In this document: positions 12,101 through 25,507 of the stretch, one piece after another
Position numbering within the stretch: position 1 is the stretch's first letter
How the letters are laid out: every line of letters starts with the position of its first letter
Assembly (NCBI GenBank): GCA_043228905.1
Contig: JBHGNT010000015.1
Coordinates: forward strand, 11,160,001-11,224,000
Source of the DNA: Azolla caroliniana
Taxonomy: Eukaryota > Plantae > Polypodiophyta
Direction: 5' to 3'
Length of the DNA: 64,000 bases
Program-made: the position numbers and the translations under genes
Notes under the pieces: model-generated
The model's input: only the letters and a program-made list of their open reading frames with translations
The model's database searches: none
What the model was told of the DNA's origin: nothing

Positions 12101-15100
12101 TCTCGGGGTCCCTTTTGTGATACTGTACTGAAAGGTTTTTCAAAATGCACAAAGCAACAATTAAGAGTTCCTCACTTGAGTTTTTTTCTGAAATGGGCTC
12201 ATCCAATGGCTCTATTATTGTGTTCCTTAGCCCACTTACTAATGCTCTTTTCCATAATCGTACTGGTTTCATGAACTCAGAATCTACTGTTATATGAAGG
12301 AAGTTAGAAAGATCATTATTTTCCTGCCATTCTCTGAAGTGTATACCCTGCTTCTTCCAGCTAGAGAGCGTGGGACTTCTTCATTTGTTCTTAAGCTTAT
12401 TGTGCTGGTCAATCATATCCCTACATGTATTTGGTTTGCATTTAAATGGGTGGGAAATCTCTACGTAACCTCGTGCTTTCCCCTCATAAATATTTTCCAT
12501 GTATAGAGACTATATAAATTGGCAGATCTCTAGTAGAAAGAGTCCTAGACATTCCTGTTCCTAGAATTTGGTGACTAGTTAAAATGATGGAAGTCCCCTC
12601 CTAGAAAACAACTCAAAGAGTGTTCCGATCTTGTAGTATACTGCGCAATGTTATTTGAAGTGCTTTACAGATTCTGGCTCCATATGGCATATTGATGTAT
12701 CATCTCATCCTCAATACACCCCTTTACTCATTTTATATCATTTCATTTGATTTGATACACAACACATCAGACATATGGTTATAACTTATCTATATTACAG
12801 AGGTGTATAATAATTCCATTCTTAGTGATGTGGAGAAGGTTGCAACTGTAATATATGCCCATTCTAAAGGCTGTTTCCATGAGTTTCCCATCTTTCTTTT
12901 GTAGGACCATCTTTGCCAATCAATCTGATCTGCCACACAGGAGATCTTGTTTGATTACTTTTGTGCACCTATATCACATTTGTTATTGTCAATCAAGGTC
13001 ATCTTGTCCATTATTGACCTGTTCCTTCTTTCTTTCTTAGTTCTGATATCAGCTGTCCATATTATAGATAGAGATACATAGATGCATAAATAGATGTATA
13101 CATACTTGCCATATAAATGTACGTACTCAACTACATACCTCATACAGTCAACACATGTTCTATCTTTGAGGGTGGAATTTATAGGCACAATAAAATACGG
13201 GAAACCAAAATTTTTATTATTTTTGACCATTTAAAAAAATGGTGAGGATTTGATAATACATAATTATATCTGTTAAAAACGCACTATAGCACATTTTTTG
13301 TGAGTCTTGGTAGCAATGGGCACGGTTTCGGCTCAAACCGAACCGAACCGTTAAGCCATGGTTTAACGGTTTATTGGTTCCAAAAAATTTAATGGTTTGG
13401 TTTGGTTTGGATTTTTGATAAACGGTTCGGTTTGGTTCTAAAACTCGGCTTTATAGGTTTATAGGTTTGGTTTAAAGGTTTATAGGATTTTGGTTAACTT
13501 TTGTTTTACCTTAATAGTTTATTGATTTAATGGTTTAATTAATGGTTTTTTATTGATTTAATTAATTTAACTTAAATGTTTATTTAATTTAATGGTTCAA
13601 TTAAAGTTTCTTTTATTGATTTAATAAATTTAACTTAAATGCTTATTTAATTTAATGTATTTTTGTTTATTTAGATGTTTAATTAGTTTAATTTAAGTGG
13701 TTAGGTTTAAATTTTTTATTAAATGGTTTGGTTTCAATACTGAGAGTTCATAAACGGTTTGGTTTGGTTTTTGTTTTAAATGAACGGTTCGGTTTCGGTT
13801 CAGTTCGGTTTCTTTGCCTTGAAAGCGAACCAAACCGAAACCGAACCGCGCCCATTGCTAAGTCTTGGTTATGAGCTACTACTCTATATAATAGATGCTT
13901 CTGAATGTTTGTTTCAAATATCAACAAATATTTTAATGCTTGTTCTGATGTCATAATATCTGAGAATTAAAAAAAAGTTGAATGCATGTGAAATTAAGGT
14001 TTACATGAAAGTGGCCTGTGAAAATTCCAGAGGGTGGTAAAATACAAATCAAACCACCCATATAGAATAAGAATTAGAATTATTTTTATCGTCCATAAAG
14101 AGGCCAATTTTGACCTATGGGACCACAGTATACATGTGTTCTTGATATATGTCTTCTTCCTAAGAAGGGGTATTCATACGTTGAAGCACAAAGTCTGTAT
14201 GTGTTAATAAAGCATACACATATGAGTTCAACCTTCTAGGTGGTGTCTTAAGTATGGCACTTAAGTTATTGACCACAGGAGAAATCCTATATAAACTTTT
14301 TAAGATTTTGGACTTATTAATAGGAGTTGGCAATGGCTCGGCTCAAGCCTGAACGAGCTGTTAAACTGGTTTTAAACTGTTTAGCAGTTTGGCAGTTCAG
14401 TTCAAGCTTGAGCTTCCTTAACCGGTTTGAGCTCAGTTTGGTAAGGCTCAAGCCAGATGGAACTGGTTAGGGTCATATCGGTTCCTAAACCTGTTAATGC
14501 TTAAATGGTTTGGTTTGGACAAGGGCAAACCAAACCAAACTGGTTAAGCTGAAACTGAACCGTTCCGATTCCTACGTATTAATCCTAAAATTCACTCCCA
14601 GGAAGCTAGTTTGCCCTTGAGCAAGGAAAATTTTACCAGCCTATTGACCCCAAAAACTGGCATCCCTTTGGGAATGATATTATTGATAATAAATACAAGA
14701 GCACAATTACATAGAGGCCAAAGTCTAGAAACAGAAACCAGCATAGCATTATCAGCCTATTTCACCAACTAAAACCCACATGTAGAGCTTTGGTAGTACT
14801 ATCTACTGAGCACAATAGAAAAGAAAGGAAATTAGCTATGACTCTCCCACAGCTTTATAACAGAATTTTGACATCTAAGTAAAAGGATGTTTGTTTGAAT
14901 AAGGTACATCTTGCTCATACTGCCAAATGCCACCTCTTCAAAAATATAGTAGCGTTCTCACTTATCCACTCATAAGTTTTAAGTGACTTTATGTAGGGCT
15001 TACTTTAAATGAGTTTATGAGGCACAACTTTATAAATAGACCCAGACATATTCACACATTGGAACCCAGTCCTAATGGGACTGGACATGTGCCAATTCGT

Positions 15101-18038
15101 GGTCCTGCCAACTGTGGCTCCTTCGGTCTATAGGGTCATTAGATCTCAGAGCCAATGTCATGCTGTCTTGCATGATTTTAAGAGTTCTAGGGAGCAAGTA
15201 AACAAACTAATATTAAAAAGTGTTATCAAAGAACACAAAATAACATCCCCCAGTAAGATTGTTCAAGGGCTTTTACTTGTTTCAGAAGTTTGTTAATCTA
15301 AGGTCTTCAATATTTGGTATTTTCAGTATGGGTGAGAAAATGCTTGCTCAAATCAATCCAACTGAGACTTTTTTGAAGTCAGTGCCAAAGGATGCCAGTC
15401 GTTTGGAGATAACCTTTCCATCAAGGTAGGCACACCTTAACGAGTTTTTAAATGTTTTGTGTTTGTAAAGGATACAAATTACTGAGAACATTTATCTAAT
15501 CCCTATTTTCTGTACTTCGTTTTGAACTTCTCTGCCTTTATTTTCAGCTTAAACCCAAAGCTAGTGCGGCGAAGGGTTCGACGTATTGCATTGAGGCAAG
15601 GTCTTTGTTTTCTTAACTCACTGTAAAAATCTTTTGCAGTTTTAGAGATCATACACGAAGGAAATATGAATAAAAGAACATTTCAACAAAATAACAAAAT
15701 AACTTTTACATTATGAAAAACCATGTTTAAACGTCTCTAAATATCGGTTCCCTCAATATGAAATAAGTAAAATTTCACTGTGATAGCGTATATGAAGCAG
15801 TAGGTAGATATATAAATCAATAGCCTTTTGGCTTATAAGATATTGCACACCCTAATGATAAAGTCAGGTAATAATCGAGGATATCACGCTACTGAAGACA
15901 CTTACATATTGGACTTGAGGTGACATATATAATGCCCTGATTTTTTTGTATTTTGTAGATCCCTGTTATTGTTCATAGGCCTTTACCACTCCCGTCTTAC
16001 CTAATATGTGAGTAGTGCCTCTTTGCTTGACTGATAAAAACTTTACAAACAACAATATTGATCTTCCATATACCTTCCATACCTATAGATGAATCAAATT
16101 GACACACCTATCCAGAATTCATCTTCAGTGTCAGTGTAAGATGTAGGACAAGATAAACAGCAAATCCTCATATTTGTGTTAATCTAAGGCATATGCAGCT
16201 CACACTATGCAATATATGGATTTAGTCAAGTCTATCCAGTAGGCACCAACTGGCCTTAAAGAAGACACATTATATTAATTCTCGGTCTCTTAGATTTTCT
16301 TAAAGGAAATTATGAATATACTAGAAAGATTTTCAAGGTTCCAATGGAAAGTTTGATATCTAACTGACGTTTGATGAACAATAGGTTCTTTCATGTAAAG
16401 TAAAAACGATTTAAGGCATGATACAAATTACAATTTAGTACACATGAAATTATGGTACTAGCACATTGTGGAGCCTCAGGTCGAATTAATCTTATGATCA
16501 TTAGTTAATGCAAAAAACGTGTCTTATTCCTCAACATAGAGGATTACATAACCTAGTGCACCCATCAGGTTTATTTGTATTTCCTGTCAGAGGTTGATAA
16601 CTCGAGAAAAGATTGGGCTAGTTAGTGATGCAGAGGGTGAGATATGGAAGAAGCAGATATAACAACATTATTAGCATGCTTTTTTGTAGAGTGATTTGTA
16701 ACAATTCCTTGATTCTTTACAGTGGAGTTCAACTTCATTCAAGATATATGTATGGATCACTTGCATTGCTGCCATTATCAATAACATTCTCGGTATGTTA
16801 AATCTCTGAGAACGTTTTTTATTTAATTTATGGTTACTTTTCATAAGCTCTTTTTCTCTCATGTCTCATATGTCTTTTGATGATGTGTGCCTGAAGACAT
16901 TCAAAAGTATCTTCACATTGTTGGTCATAATAACGTGCTTGTGTTAGCTGAAGTTTAAGCTCATGATAATGAATCGAGGAATTGTTTTATATTTTTTAAG
17001 TGCATCAATGCTATAATAAGTCTGGAGTATTAGCTGAATTGCATTAATGCTATCTTTTTGAGGTGAGTTATTCCTTTGTTGTTTTTCATGCTAGATTGTT
17101 CCTGTTCCAAATGCACCATTGTTTTGGAATTTATACCGCGCATATGCAAATTGGCAAGCTCTTCAGGTTATTTGCATAAACTCTTCTCCTTCCAGTTATA
17201 TAATAGTAGGCGCCCTATATAAAAAATGTGAAAGAGATCATTGAAAGCTTGAAGAAAGGAAAGGTAAGGATGGCGTTATGTACTCAATCTGGAGTTGATA
17301 TATATATAAAATATATTATATATATGAAATAATAATATATATATGAAATAATAATCATAGTAAACATACACTCTTTTGTAGGGTAGTCAAAAACTTCTTC
17401 AATTCGTAAATGATGAGGATTCTATATCATTGCAAATCGGATTGAAACATCCAGATGGTGGGAATCCGATAGATGTCCGAGAAAAACTGGTATTAATTCT
17501 TTTGTTTTGATTTTGCTCAAGTGAAAGCTTCATAGTGACATTTTACTCTTTCACTGTGGACCAATTCTGTATTTCCATGAATATTGATAGCTAATCTATG
17601 TGCAATATATGCATATACAATGTGTGCCTTGCACAAAGAAATATATATAATATACAAACCACAAATAAGTCACATTTTTCTTAAAAGGTCTGTGTTTTAA
17701 CTATGGATAGCGAAACATTGCTAATTTGGAATTATTCCCTTAACAATGTTTCAAAAATAAATGATTTTGCTACAACAATTATGAAGGTACTTGTGTCATG
17801 CAAAACATTGGACGATATGTTGCGAGATCAGTCAGAGCCTTTGAGTGACTCATGCATTGCCACTATTTGCCAACATTATCAACTTGAATATCCTCAAATG
17901 TTAAAATGGCGCGACCATGTGTTTAAGGTATTTTACCTCTATGTTGAAAATCTTTGCCTTACATTTTCGTATAATATATTTTCCAAATAAAAGTTTTCCA
18001 ATTTCATTGCTTTTTAACAGGAGAAAGGAAGCACATGA
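9137..18038 (+). CDS. Mitochondrial K+/H+ exchange-related family protein (Mit_KHE1, At1g53760-like), 9 exons, 292 aa
   Basis: Exons 9137-9382, 9500-9576, 15327-15425, 15548-15595, 16723-16792, 17095-17166, 17382-17489, 17787-17927 and 18021-18038 splice in frame (879 nt). Translation RVVVFPVRG..W / MEKKWVALGQTPEGSIRKRMHSMGEKMLAQINPTETFLKS / FPSSLNPKLVRRRVRRIALSG / VPVPNAPLFWNLYRAYANWQALQGSQKLL is colinear with At1g53760 as recalled. The last two exons are less certain (alternative stop at 17990). Confidence 0.88.
11250..12480 (-). mobile_element. Highly decayed L1-type LINE RT remnant in intron 2
   Basis: Minus strand reads ILIYADDITLF at ~11750-11780, a frameshifted GIKQG(C)PL at ~11875-11900 and LDEPISE at ~12190. 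Boundaries are approximate. Confidence 0.65.
11998..12165. repeat. Tandem duplication, 2 x ~84 bp
   Basis: taccatgttttgccatgc...gcaacaattaa occurs twice in direct succession. Confidence 0.9.
13311..13860. mobile_element. hAT-type MITE, 550 bp
   Basis: TIR TAGCAATGGGC/GCCCATTGCTA, perfect 8-bp TSD AGTCTTGG, subterminal AAACCG(A) repeats. Confidence 0.93.
14321..14574. mobile_element. hAT-type MITE, second family
   Basis: Imperfect TIR TAGGAGTTGG/CCGATTCCTA. 8-bp TSD cttattaa/cgtattaa (1 mismatch). Confidence 0.8.
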
Positions 18039-19160
18039 CTACAATTTCTTTTACCATGCTAGAGTACTGCCTTCGGTTTTCTTGAGACCCAAAAGCACAC
18101 ATTTTTCAACTATTTTTTTTCTGCCCCAAGGAAAATACTCTGTTTTCTTTACATAAAGGAGTTGGGGCGATACATTTTGCCTCTATACATGTAAAACTTC
18201 ACATGATGGGCCTAATTGGCTATTATCATGGGGAGGTCCTTAACTCAAAGAGCATGGTCTCATTTATCAGAGAGACTCTTGTTTAGTTTGAAACCTTTTG
18301 GAATTGTTGAGAACTTTCAAATAAATAAATCAGAATTAGGTGAAACACTCATAAAGAAATACATGCCCTTAATTACTGAGAAATGTATGAATTAATCTGG
18401 CCTATGAGAAAATATGCAAAGGCTTTATTTTTGCTTCATTACTCGATATAATGAGCAATAATCAGTTGTGCATATATATTGCACATCACCCCTTACAACC
18501 ATGGGTTCGTAGTGAGGACAATATAATCGTGACTGCATATTGATGTCACATTAATTTAAATGTTTTATTATTTGTGATTGTGAAGCTCAAGGAGATTTTG
18601 CCTAGACTATTTTGATATCTACACCTCAGTGTGGTTACTAGGACAACTTCAGCATGGGGTTTTAAGGGTTGTAGTGCTGACACAAAAATGTCAAATGCAT
18701 CATATAACAAAAGTGAATTGCTTGTAAGGCGAATAAAGTAAACCATGAGAATAACGTGGTATAAAAGGTTATGATTGAGGAGTGAATTGACACATGCTAT
18801 TGTGAAGAGTCAATATTTTGGAAGTGACATGGGCGATCTCGTTTTGGATGTAACATGGGCAATATCTTTCCATCATTTATTTGAGGGGGTTTGGGTGAAT
18901 GAAGGTTTATCTTGCACTAACATTTTTATGAAAGAATGAGGCCTTTATTTATCTAGATTTTATTATTATTATTACTTGCTTTTGTTTCAAGTTGATATTG
19001 CAAAGTGAGGCGGGCACTTTCTATAATTTGGAGGGGATAGTAATTGTGATTGCTTCTCTTTGGCATCTTGTCTTTAATATATACTTGCTTGAAATATGAA
19101 TTAAAGATGAGATGACATGAAGCTACAATATATCGGAGGCAACCACGACATAGCTTGGAT

Positions 19161-19293
19161 TGAGTTATTAAATAGTTTGGTGGTTAATTCTCTACTGGTT
19201 TAGGGACTGGTTTGGGCCAAGTTAAGGTTTAATTGATTTGTTTTGGACAAGTCCAAAATGATTAAACTAAAACCAAATCGTTGCCGATTCCTA
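19161..19293. mobile_element. Truncated copy of the second MITE family
   Basis: Right end ...cgttgccgattccta as at 14574. Flanks gcttggat/gcttggtt resemble a TSD. Left TIR is missing. Confidence 0.45.
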
Positions 19294-20756
19294 GCTTGGT
19301 TTGGACAAGGATAAACTTGTTGAGAGTGTTGGAAAGCGTGAAGTTTGCCCTCAAGAAATTGAGGCGAATCATGTAGGCATTGCCAAATGATATTGCAAAT
19401 ATATTTGGATTATTTACTTTTATTTTTACTAACTAAATTTGAGTTATTTTTTTGTTTAGATTTCTAAATGAAGATGTGATGATATTGGATTACAAAGTAT
19501 CAATGCATTGGTGAGAAGTTATGAAAGTGGGAAGTTTTCCTATGGGAAATTAAAGAAGTGCATGAGCATTGTTAGGATGATATCAATGCACATACCTAAA
19601 CATCATTGTTAGCATGATATCTAGATTTTGATGAATATGTGGTTAGGGTTAGAATCACATGTCATATATGCATTGATGGTTACAATCATATGTTTACAAT
19701 TATCAGTTGGTGTTAGAATTAGACATCCAAAAATGTATTTTATGAATACTTGGGATACATCTAAACCCTATATAGTGCATGCACATGTTTTGTAACCTAA
19801 ATGTATTTATATTTGAATGCAGGTGGCTAGTTCCTCCCTATCTAAGGTGCTGAATTATCATAAGTTTTGTGAAAGAAAAAAGGGTTTCAACTTTCTATAT
19901 GGCTTGTCACTATGTGATATTGATAATGTTACGCCCCTATTTCATGGGGGTCCTTAAAACCACAAGAAAACATGATTGGGACACAAGTTAGGACATGAAA
20001 CATGCTCAAACATCGTTATAAAGAAAAACGCTTACAACCGTCCCAAATTGGGACAAAACCAAAACCCAAAGCTCGGAGTTTGGACAAGTCGAGATTGAGT
20101 CAGGATGAATCAAAACTGAGTCGAGACAACTCTGAAATGACCTACTAGAGAAGGGGGGGGGGAGAGAGATATTTGCCACTATGCTCCTTAGAGGCAAAAT
20201 GGTGCATCAAGGAATACTTACAAATGAGGAATGATCCTCATTATATAGGCGAAATATGGCTGTTGGGATTAGCCATTGGTGTGGCTAGGCGTTGGGATTA
20301 ACTGTTGGGCTAGTTTTTGGGTGGTCTCTTGAGACCACCTATTGGGATTGGGTTTTCCCAACCCAGGATGACACCTTCTTTGGGATTGGGATTGGGCCCC
20401 TTGGTGTGTCCCACAAACAGTTTTGAGACTGTGTCCCAATTGGGACAACCTAGGGCTACCACATTCACTCGGGTCCCATGTTCAACCTTGAGTCCTATCA
20501 AGTTCACAAACTACTACTATGTGCTTTGCGGCTTGGGTTTCCACCACAACTCCTCCAAGTTGCACTCCATCTTCCTTTTGGTCTTTGCTTGAGGGAATTC
20601 CTTTGTCTCCCCATATTGTTCAGTCTTTGTCAGAGCTGCGACAAGATAGCAATAGAAAGAACGAGAGAAAGAGTGAGGGGGCTTCATTATATAGTGGCTC
20701 ATGGAACATTCTAGGGTTTTCTAGAATGTTCTAGGGTTCTAAAAATTATGATATTA

Positions 20757-23700
20757 TGTTGAGAGATCAAGCTCAACTTAGTTTAGTTAGTTAGTCAACC
20801 ATGTAAGTTCTTAGTTACCTAGATAGAATCTAGTTAGAAGTGTTGACTATAACGCCTTGAATAGGACCTTGTACTTAAGTGGGATATTCTAGATCCTTCA
20901 CTCTTAAGTACATTTAATATAGGACTTACACTTTTGTACCTATATTATCCTCACACATGTGCACCCTTGCACATGAGATCTATATATACCTCATTGTAGA
21001 TATTTTTGTATTTGATGATGATAATGCTAATTTAATATAGTTACTCATCCCCCATCTTGTGTTGTTTAGAAGTGTTTCTTCCTCTCTCTCTTCCTCTCAC
21101 ACAAATACACACACATATCACTTAATTTTCCGCTATTAACCCATGTTTAATCACCTAATTATTAACATGGTATCAAAGCGTGTGGTTTAGAAAATCCACT
21201 AAGCCCACCCGACTCCGTGATTGTGTGTTCAAGACATCGACGACAAAATCCGGCTATCGGCTACCATAGTGCCGCTACGTAGCACGTGTACGTGATCGAA
21301 GGAAGAAAAGCAAAAGAAGAGAAGACACTACAATCAACATGAACACACAAATGGGTAGCTCGCTCCCTAGTGAAAAGCTAGACCGGAGCAATTATTCATC
21401 TTGGAGTACAAGATGACCCAATACCTCATTGGGCAAGGGTATTGGAGCTACATCAACGACGCTCAAGAAAATTGACCTGACCCAAAGAACGCCGACTACT
21501 CAACACGGGAGCAAGTGGCGAGTCGAGTCATGTATTGCTTGGCAACATGTGTCCACGACCACATGCTTAGCCACATTCGAGACACCAAGACACCCAACGA
21601 GGCGTGGGAGAACTTAAAAGAAAATGTTCGCCGCCAACACGATCGCCGAAATCTTCAACTCCAACAAGAGTTAAACAACATTCGACAAAAAGACATGTCC
21701 ATGTCGGACTACACCGCCAAGATCAAGAGCATTTGCGACTCACTTGGCTCCATCAAATAAACGTCGACGAAGATGAGATGGTTCAAGTATGCTTGGGCGG
21801 CCTTGCACAATGATTCAACTCGTTGAGGACGACAATCTTGGCGAGGGAAAATCCTCCTTCGTTCTTTGACCTCCAATCAATGTTATTGGTCGAAGAGAAC
21901 CATGTCCGAACCAAGATGAAGACGTCGGAAGGACAAATGTTCTTCTCAAGTTCGGATGGTGGCCAAGGACGAGGTCATGACAGTAGAAGAGGCCAATTCG
22001 GCCCATCACACGAAGGGAACTCAAACCTTCACAGAAGCCATCAAGGAACCTTTGGAAGAAGGGGGACCTTCCATGCTGAACATGGTCGGCAAATGAGGCC
22101 CGCAACTTGCAACTATTGCGGAAAAATCGGTCACCGCGAGGAGGAGTGCTGAAAAAGAAGAAGCGAGTCGCCTTCGACAAGTCGACAACTCACGAATTAC
22201 GCCGTCAACTCTGAATACGATGATTACGGCAGACTATTCGTAATGAGGCATAGAGTGAACTCTATGTCGGCCTCCAACTCCGCAACCACCTCCAACTCGG
22301 AAGACATGTGGTTCGTCGATTCCGGCGCCTCACATCACATGACATCTCACAAAGAGTGGTTTCGTGATTTACGAACGCTGGATCGACACGACTTCATAGA
22401 GACAGGAGACGACACCACACATCCCATTCGACACATCACTAATGTCCCATTCGGGAAAGAAGGCGAACAAACTTGCATCAAGAATGTCTTGCACGTGCCC
22501 ACAATAACAAAGAATTTGGTCTCGGTCGGCCAAATAGTGGAGTAAGGCATGCAAGTCCGTGTCAACAACGAATGTTGTTTCATCGAGAAAGATGGCCAAC
22601 TCATAGCCAAGGGACAGAGAGACGGAATTGTGGCACAAGAGAATTGGCCACATAAACCTCCAATAGCTTCGAGCGATGCAAACCAAGGGAGTCGTCATTG
22701 GATTTCTGACATTCTAGTCGAATTGAGTCAACCGAGTATGCAAAGCGTGTCAACTCGGCAAACAACATCGATTCCCATTCCCGAAGGAGAGCTACACGAG
22801 CAAAGGCCTCCTCGACGCCATACATTTGGATGCCGATACTACGTAACCTTCATCGACGACTACTCCCGCTACACGTGGATCTTTCCGATGAAGAAGAAGA
22901 GTGAAGTGTTCTCCCACTTCCAAAAGCTCAAGGGGCAAGTTGAAAAAGAAACCGATCAGCTCATTCGATGCCTACGATCGGATGGAGGAAAGGAGTACTT
23001 CTCCGACGAGTTCACCTCCTACCACCAAAGTGAAGGCATTCGGAGAGAATTCTTGTGTCGACACACACCCCAACAAAATGGAGTAGCTGAAAGGAAGAAT
23101 CGGCAAATACTTGAGGTAGCACACGCCATGTTACATGAGAAGCACATGCCGAACTTCTATTGGGCCGACACAACATCCACGGCCGTCTATCTCATGAACC
23201 GGTGCACCACCAATGGAGTCCATGAGCTTACTCCCTACGAGCTCCCCGTCGGAAGGAAGCCGATCTAGTCACACCTCAAGGTGTTCGGAATCATTGAGAA
23301 TGTACACATCCCGAACGAACAATGACAGAAACCTGACAAGAAGTTAGAGGAATGTATCCTCATAGGATACTCGTCTGAGAAGAAGGCATACAAATGCTAC
23401 AACCCTTTTACCTGAGCGGTTCGGGTAAGTCGAGACATAGTCTTTGACGAGTCCGCATCCTGGTACGCACCAAAGACAACTTCGACTCTGACTCTGCTTG
23501 ACCCGGAATCCGCCGAACAAGAGGTAGAAGATGGAGATTGCTTCGAACACATGTTCGAAGAAAGTCTGATTACGACAAGGCCTAGTGGGCCACAAGAGCC
23601 CCCATGCGACCCAAGCACGTCGCAGCCAAGTACGAACTTGGACAATGGCAAAGGTAAGATGCCCAAATTCGAAGTTGATCACCCCGACGACAATGATTCG

Positions 23701-24559
23701 GATGTGTAGGCTCCCTCACTAGACAATGATTTTAGTGTACCCATCATGCGGACACCCGGAGCAAAGAAGGCGCTCACATCAGCGAGCGAAAAACTTTGAC
23801 GCTCATCTAGAGCTAAGAACCCCGTCGCCCAACTCGACTACAACGAGTACATGGCCCATCACTATGCCTTTGTGATGAAGGTAGTGGCTGAACAAGAGCC
23901 CAATAGCTCCACCGAAGCAGCTCGTAACCCACGATGGGTGGGTGGAAGTAGTCGACCTTCACCCACACACTACAAACCTTCGTCACCAGCTTGAGGGGGA
24001 GGACCTGAAATTGCCACGATGAACAAAGCCGAAGGCCGAACAGAAGTCGACATCGAAAGTCGGACAACGCCGAAAGTAGAACCGGATGTTGGACGCCTCA
24101 CACTTGAGCTTGTGGGGACGTGTTGAGAGATCAAGCTCAACTTAGTTTAGTTAGTTAGTCAACCATGTAAGTTCGTAGTTACCTAGATAGAATCTAGTTA
24201 GAAGTGTTGACTATAACGCCTTAAATAGGACCTTGTACTTAAGTGGGATATTCTAGATCCTCCACTGTCACGTACATTTAATATAGGACTTACACATTTG
24301 TACCTATATTATCCTCACACATGTGCACCCTTGCACATGAGATTTATATATACCTCATTGTAGGTATTTTTGTATTTGATGATGATAATGCTAATTTAAT
24401 ATAGTTACTCATCCCCCATCTTGTGTTGTTTAGAAGTGTATCTTCCTCTCTCTCTTCCTCTCACACAAATATACACAAATATCACTTAATTTTCTGCTTA
24501 TCAACTAATCACATAATTAGGTACTAATTAACCCATGTTTAATCACCTAATTATTAACA
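20757..24559 (+). mobile_element. Ty1/copia LTR retrotransposon, internally deleted (gag-PR-INT present, RT/RH lost)
   Basis: LTRs 20757-21167 and 24121-24559 (TG..CA), TSD TATTA on both sides, PBS TGGTATCAAAGC (tRNA-iMet type), zinc knuckle CNYCGKIGHREEEC, PR WFVDSGAS, INT FIDDYSR/QQNGVAERKNR. Multiple stops. Confidence 0.95.
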
Positions 24560-24599
24560 TATTACGTTAAACATGTACATCAGATAACTTAATGATTTT

Positions 24600-25398
24600 G
24601 TCGTCGTTTGAGGGGTTTCCTCTTTTACTTCTAGCTCCATCTCGGTTGAGCTGCCCTTAATCCTTAGCTCAGCCTTGGTTGGAGGTGACCTCTCCACTTT
24701 GTGTACCTTGAGCTCGAGCTCGAGCTCTTGCTTTGTGGTTCTTTGAGGTCCTTCTTTCTCAACCACCATGGTTATGTCCGCCTTTTCCTTGATCTTGATC
24801 TTGATCTCGGTATCAAGCTCCCCCTTCTTCCATATTCTCTTTTTGATCCAAAGTCGGAAGTTGAACTAGGAGTCGAACTCAAGACACTTGTGCTTGAAGG
24901 GGCGTGTTGAGATATCAAGCTCAACTAGGTTTAGTTATTTGATCAATTATGTAACGTAATAGTTACATAAATAGAATCTAGTTAGTGTGTTGACTTTAAA
25001 GCCTTAAAATAGAATTTGGTAGCTTGTACGTACGTGGGATATATTCTAGATCCCCCACTTCCAAGTTCATTTAAATTTATAGGACTTACATCTTTTACCT
25101 ATATTCTCCACACACATGTGCACCCTTGCACATGAGATGTATATATACCTCACCGGGTATTTTTTTCGATGATTCTAATTAATATAGAGAAAGGTCTTCT
25201 AGCTACACTCTTGTTAATCATCCCCCATTGTGTTTGTTCATAAGTAAAACTTTCTCTCTCTCTCTCTCTCACTCTCACACGCACACACATACACTTACAT
25301 ATCACATAGTCTCCCGTTGCTTAATCACATTAATGATTAACTACTCACATAATTAGATACTAGTTAACCCTTAGTTAATTACCTAATTCTCGATCACA
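24600..25398 (+). mobile_element. 3' end of a related copia: PPT plus LTR (24905 to ~25398)
   Basis: cttgaagggggcg is followed by TGTTGAGATATCAAGCTCAAC. Colinear with but diverged from the LTRs at 20757 and 24121. Confidence 0.75.
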
Positions 25399-25507
25399 TT
25401 CACGTGATTAACCCAGGAAACCCAGCCTTCGCCCTTCCCCAACCCTACACCCACGCAAGAAACTCAGGAACAAGGGCCACTATCGATCGTTATTCACTAG
25501 TCAATAC

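Noticed and set aside
14590-15300. Possible second LINE remnant (DPKNW.P-like motif) in intron 2
   Set aside because: Too decayed; no second diagnostic RT motif could be read.
19928-20750. Possible gypsy LTR starting TGTTAC
   Set aside because: No matching terminus, PBS, partner LTR or TSD could be identified.
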